Shown piece after piece: positions 62,616 to 64,000 of a stretch of DNA of 64,000 nucleotides; positions within the stretch are counted from its first letter, which is position 1, and the number at the start of each line of letters is the position of its first letter. The notes beneath the pieces are model-generated. The model made no database searches. It saw only the letters and a program-made list of their open reading frames with translations, and was not told where the DNA came from. A program made the translations under genes and the position numbers. Origin of the DNA: Takakia lepidozioides (Eukaryota; Plantae; Bryophyta); the NCBI GenBank assembly GCA_030704615.1, contig CM060731.1, forward strand, positions 33,728,001-33,792,000, read 5' to 3'.

Positions 62616-63743
62616 AAAAGGCGGCATCCCTGTGTGCCGCAGGGGGAGCCCGGTGCTCTCTTCGCCGAGTCCTCATCCAGGTATGCGCATGGTTTCCACT
62701 TTTTCAGATTACCACCATGTCCACAACCTGGTTGGCTTGCAGCATGTATCTGAAGGGTACGGTGATTATGCTACATTTGTTCCCTGTATCGTAGCCTGCT
62801 CCTTGGGTTTTGATGATGTTGTATCCGATCTCGATAGCTACATGCAGACAGATTAATGGTTGATTGTTCCCTGTGGCTGAAATCTTTCCTTAAGGGTGTG
62901 GGCCTTGTGAGAAGTTTATTCCCTGTGATATGGTTTGTGGTGCATGTGCCAATGGCAATGTAGTTACATTGTTAATGAAGTATTGACTCGAGACATTAAC
63001 ATCACCCTAGAGAGCATCGTGTCCACTCTGGCAATGTGCTCTCTAGTTAAACATGCAGGAAGCCTTCCATGGGGGCCCAGACACACATACAGGCTGTTTC
63101 ACTTTGATTTTTGCCTTGCAGATTATATCAAGGAGTGCTTTGAATCCTTGGACCCTTCAAGTACTGAAGGGATTTGACTCTATGAAGGGCTTTGTGGTGT
63201 GATGTTTGAGGAGCAGAGTGTAGACATGTTCGGGCAGCGCGTGGGCTTTGTTAAGTTCAAAGCTGAGGTCGTGGATGATGAGACAGGTGCTAAGGTAATC
63301 TCTTGGATTATGGTGATGTAGAATATACGAGTATACAGAATTCCTGTGGACTGTTCCCTGTGAACATTGACTTGGAGGAACCCTCACGCACATGGTCCCT
63401 CCCTCATGGAATTTGTGTTGGGTTTAAAGGAGCAGTAAGGTTGAAGTTACTCTCCAATAGAGCTAATGACATATGCTTAAAAGGATAAGTTGAGTTTCAA
63501 GATTACATCACATTAGGAAGCATATTGTTGACTACAGCCCTGCTAGTGTAGCCCTAGAGTTACAACAAGTCTGGTTAATATCACGCGTAGTATTAAATTT
63601 TCCAGAACTTTTGATTCTAGCACCTCTCATATTTTGTGGTGGGGAACCAGTTGCCAGGCATAGTATTTGCAAGGGGTGGAGCTGTTGGCATTTTGATGCT
63701 CTTGGAGTGTGAGGGCGAGAAGTATGCAGTTCTCACTGAACAG
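62616..63743 (+). CDS. NUDT14: Nudix hydrolase 14-like (ADP-sugar pyrophosphatase) exons; partial, possibly a pseudogene
   Basis: Exons 62616-62680 (..CSLRRVLIQ|gt, shortened), 63217-63294 (SVDMFGQRVGFVKFKAEVVDDETGAK) and 63651-63743 (LPGIVFARGGAVGILMLLECEGEKYAVLTEQ), with canonical AG/GT in phase. Confidence 0.88.
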
Positions 63744-64000
63744 GTCTGCTCAGCTCAATTTACATTTAGGGTTAGGGTAAACTACAATGTTGCATATGGG
63801 GTGGCTTATCAGAGCTGTGGTAGATCCGTAACAAGATTTTCGTCCATCTGATAAGGTTCTATGGCAGAATGGGAGCTGTAATTTGGGATCCTTGCGGCGA
63901 TCTTTTAATTAAGGCCACCAGGAGGGGTTTTGTGTCATTTAATCTTGATGATGTCGACAAATGCAAAAAGTTGTACTTGAATGATAATGTTTTCAACTCC

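Overview
Eukaryotic, transposon-saturated plant genomic DNA. The host gene fragments and TE families look like an early-diverging land plant such as a bryophyte; this is inference from remembered sequences, not a database result. There is a 500-bp assembly gap at 52578-53077. Main finding: a decayed Ty3/gypsy LTR retrotransposon (38476-47315) whose polyprotein carries a complete, non-permuted, DNMT3-like C5 cytosine methyltransferase domain in frame between protease and reverse transcriptase. Its LTR holds an extra 225-aa ORF and it has a 477-bp internal inversion. Also present: a nest of MULE > palindromic repeat array > hAT (8-bp TSD) > pogo-like element (TA TSD) carrying lycopene beta-cyclase exons; four to five remnants of a GCM/DDE/SWIM Mutator-like transposase; two copies of a 2.18-kb TGTAGTGTGA...TCACACTACA element with 4-bp TSDs; two Athila/Tat-like 3' ends with a large extra ORF; LINE and CACTA fragments; captured fragments of URM1, TOM20 and clathrin light chain; a small spliced coiled-coil gene with HEPN-like motifs, frameshifted by a 50-bp duplication; and NUDT14-like exons at the right edge. 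All protein family calls come from motif recognition by eye.
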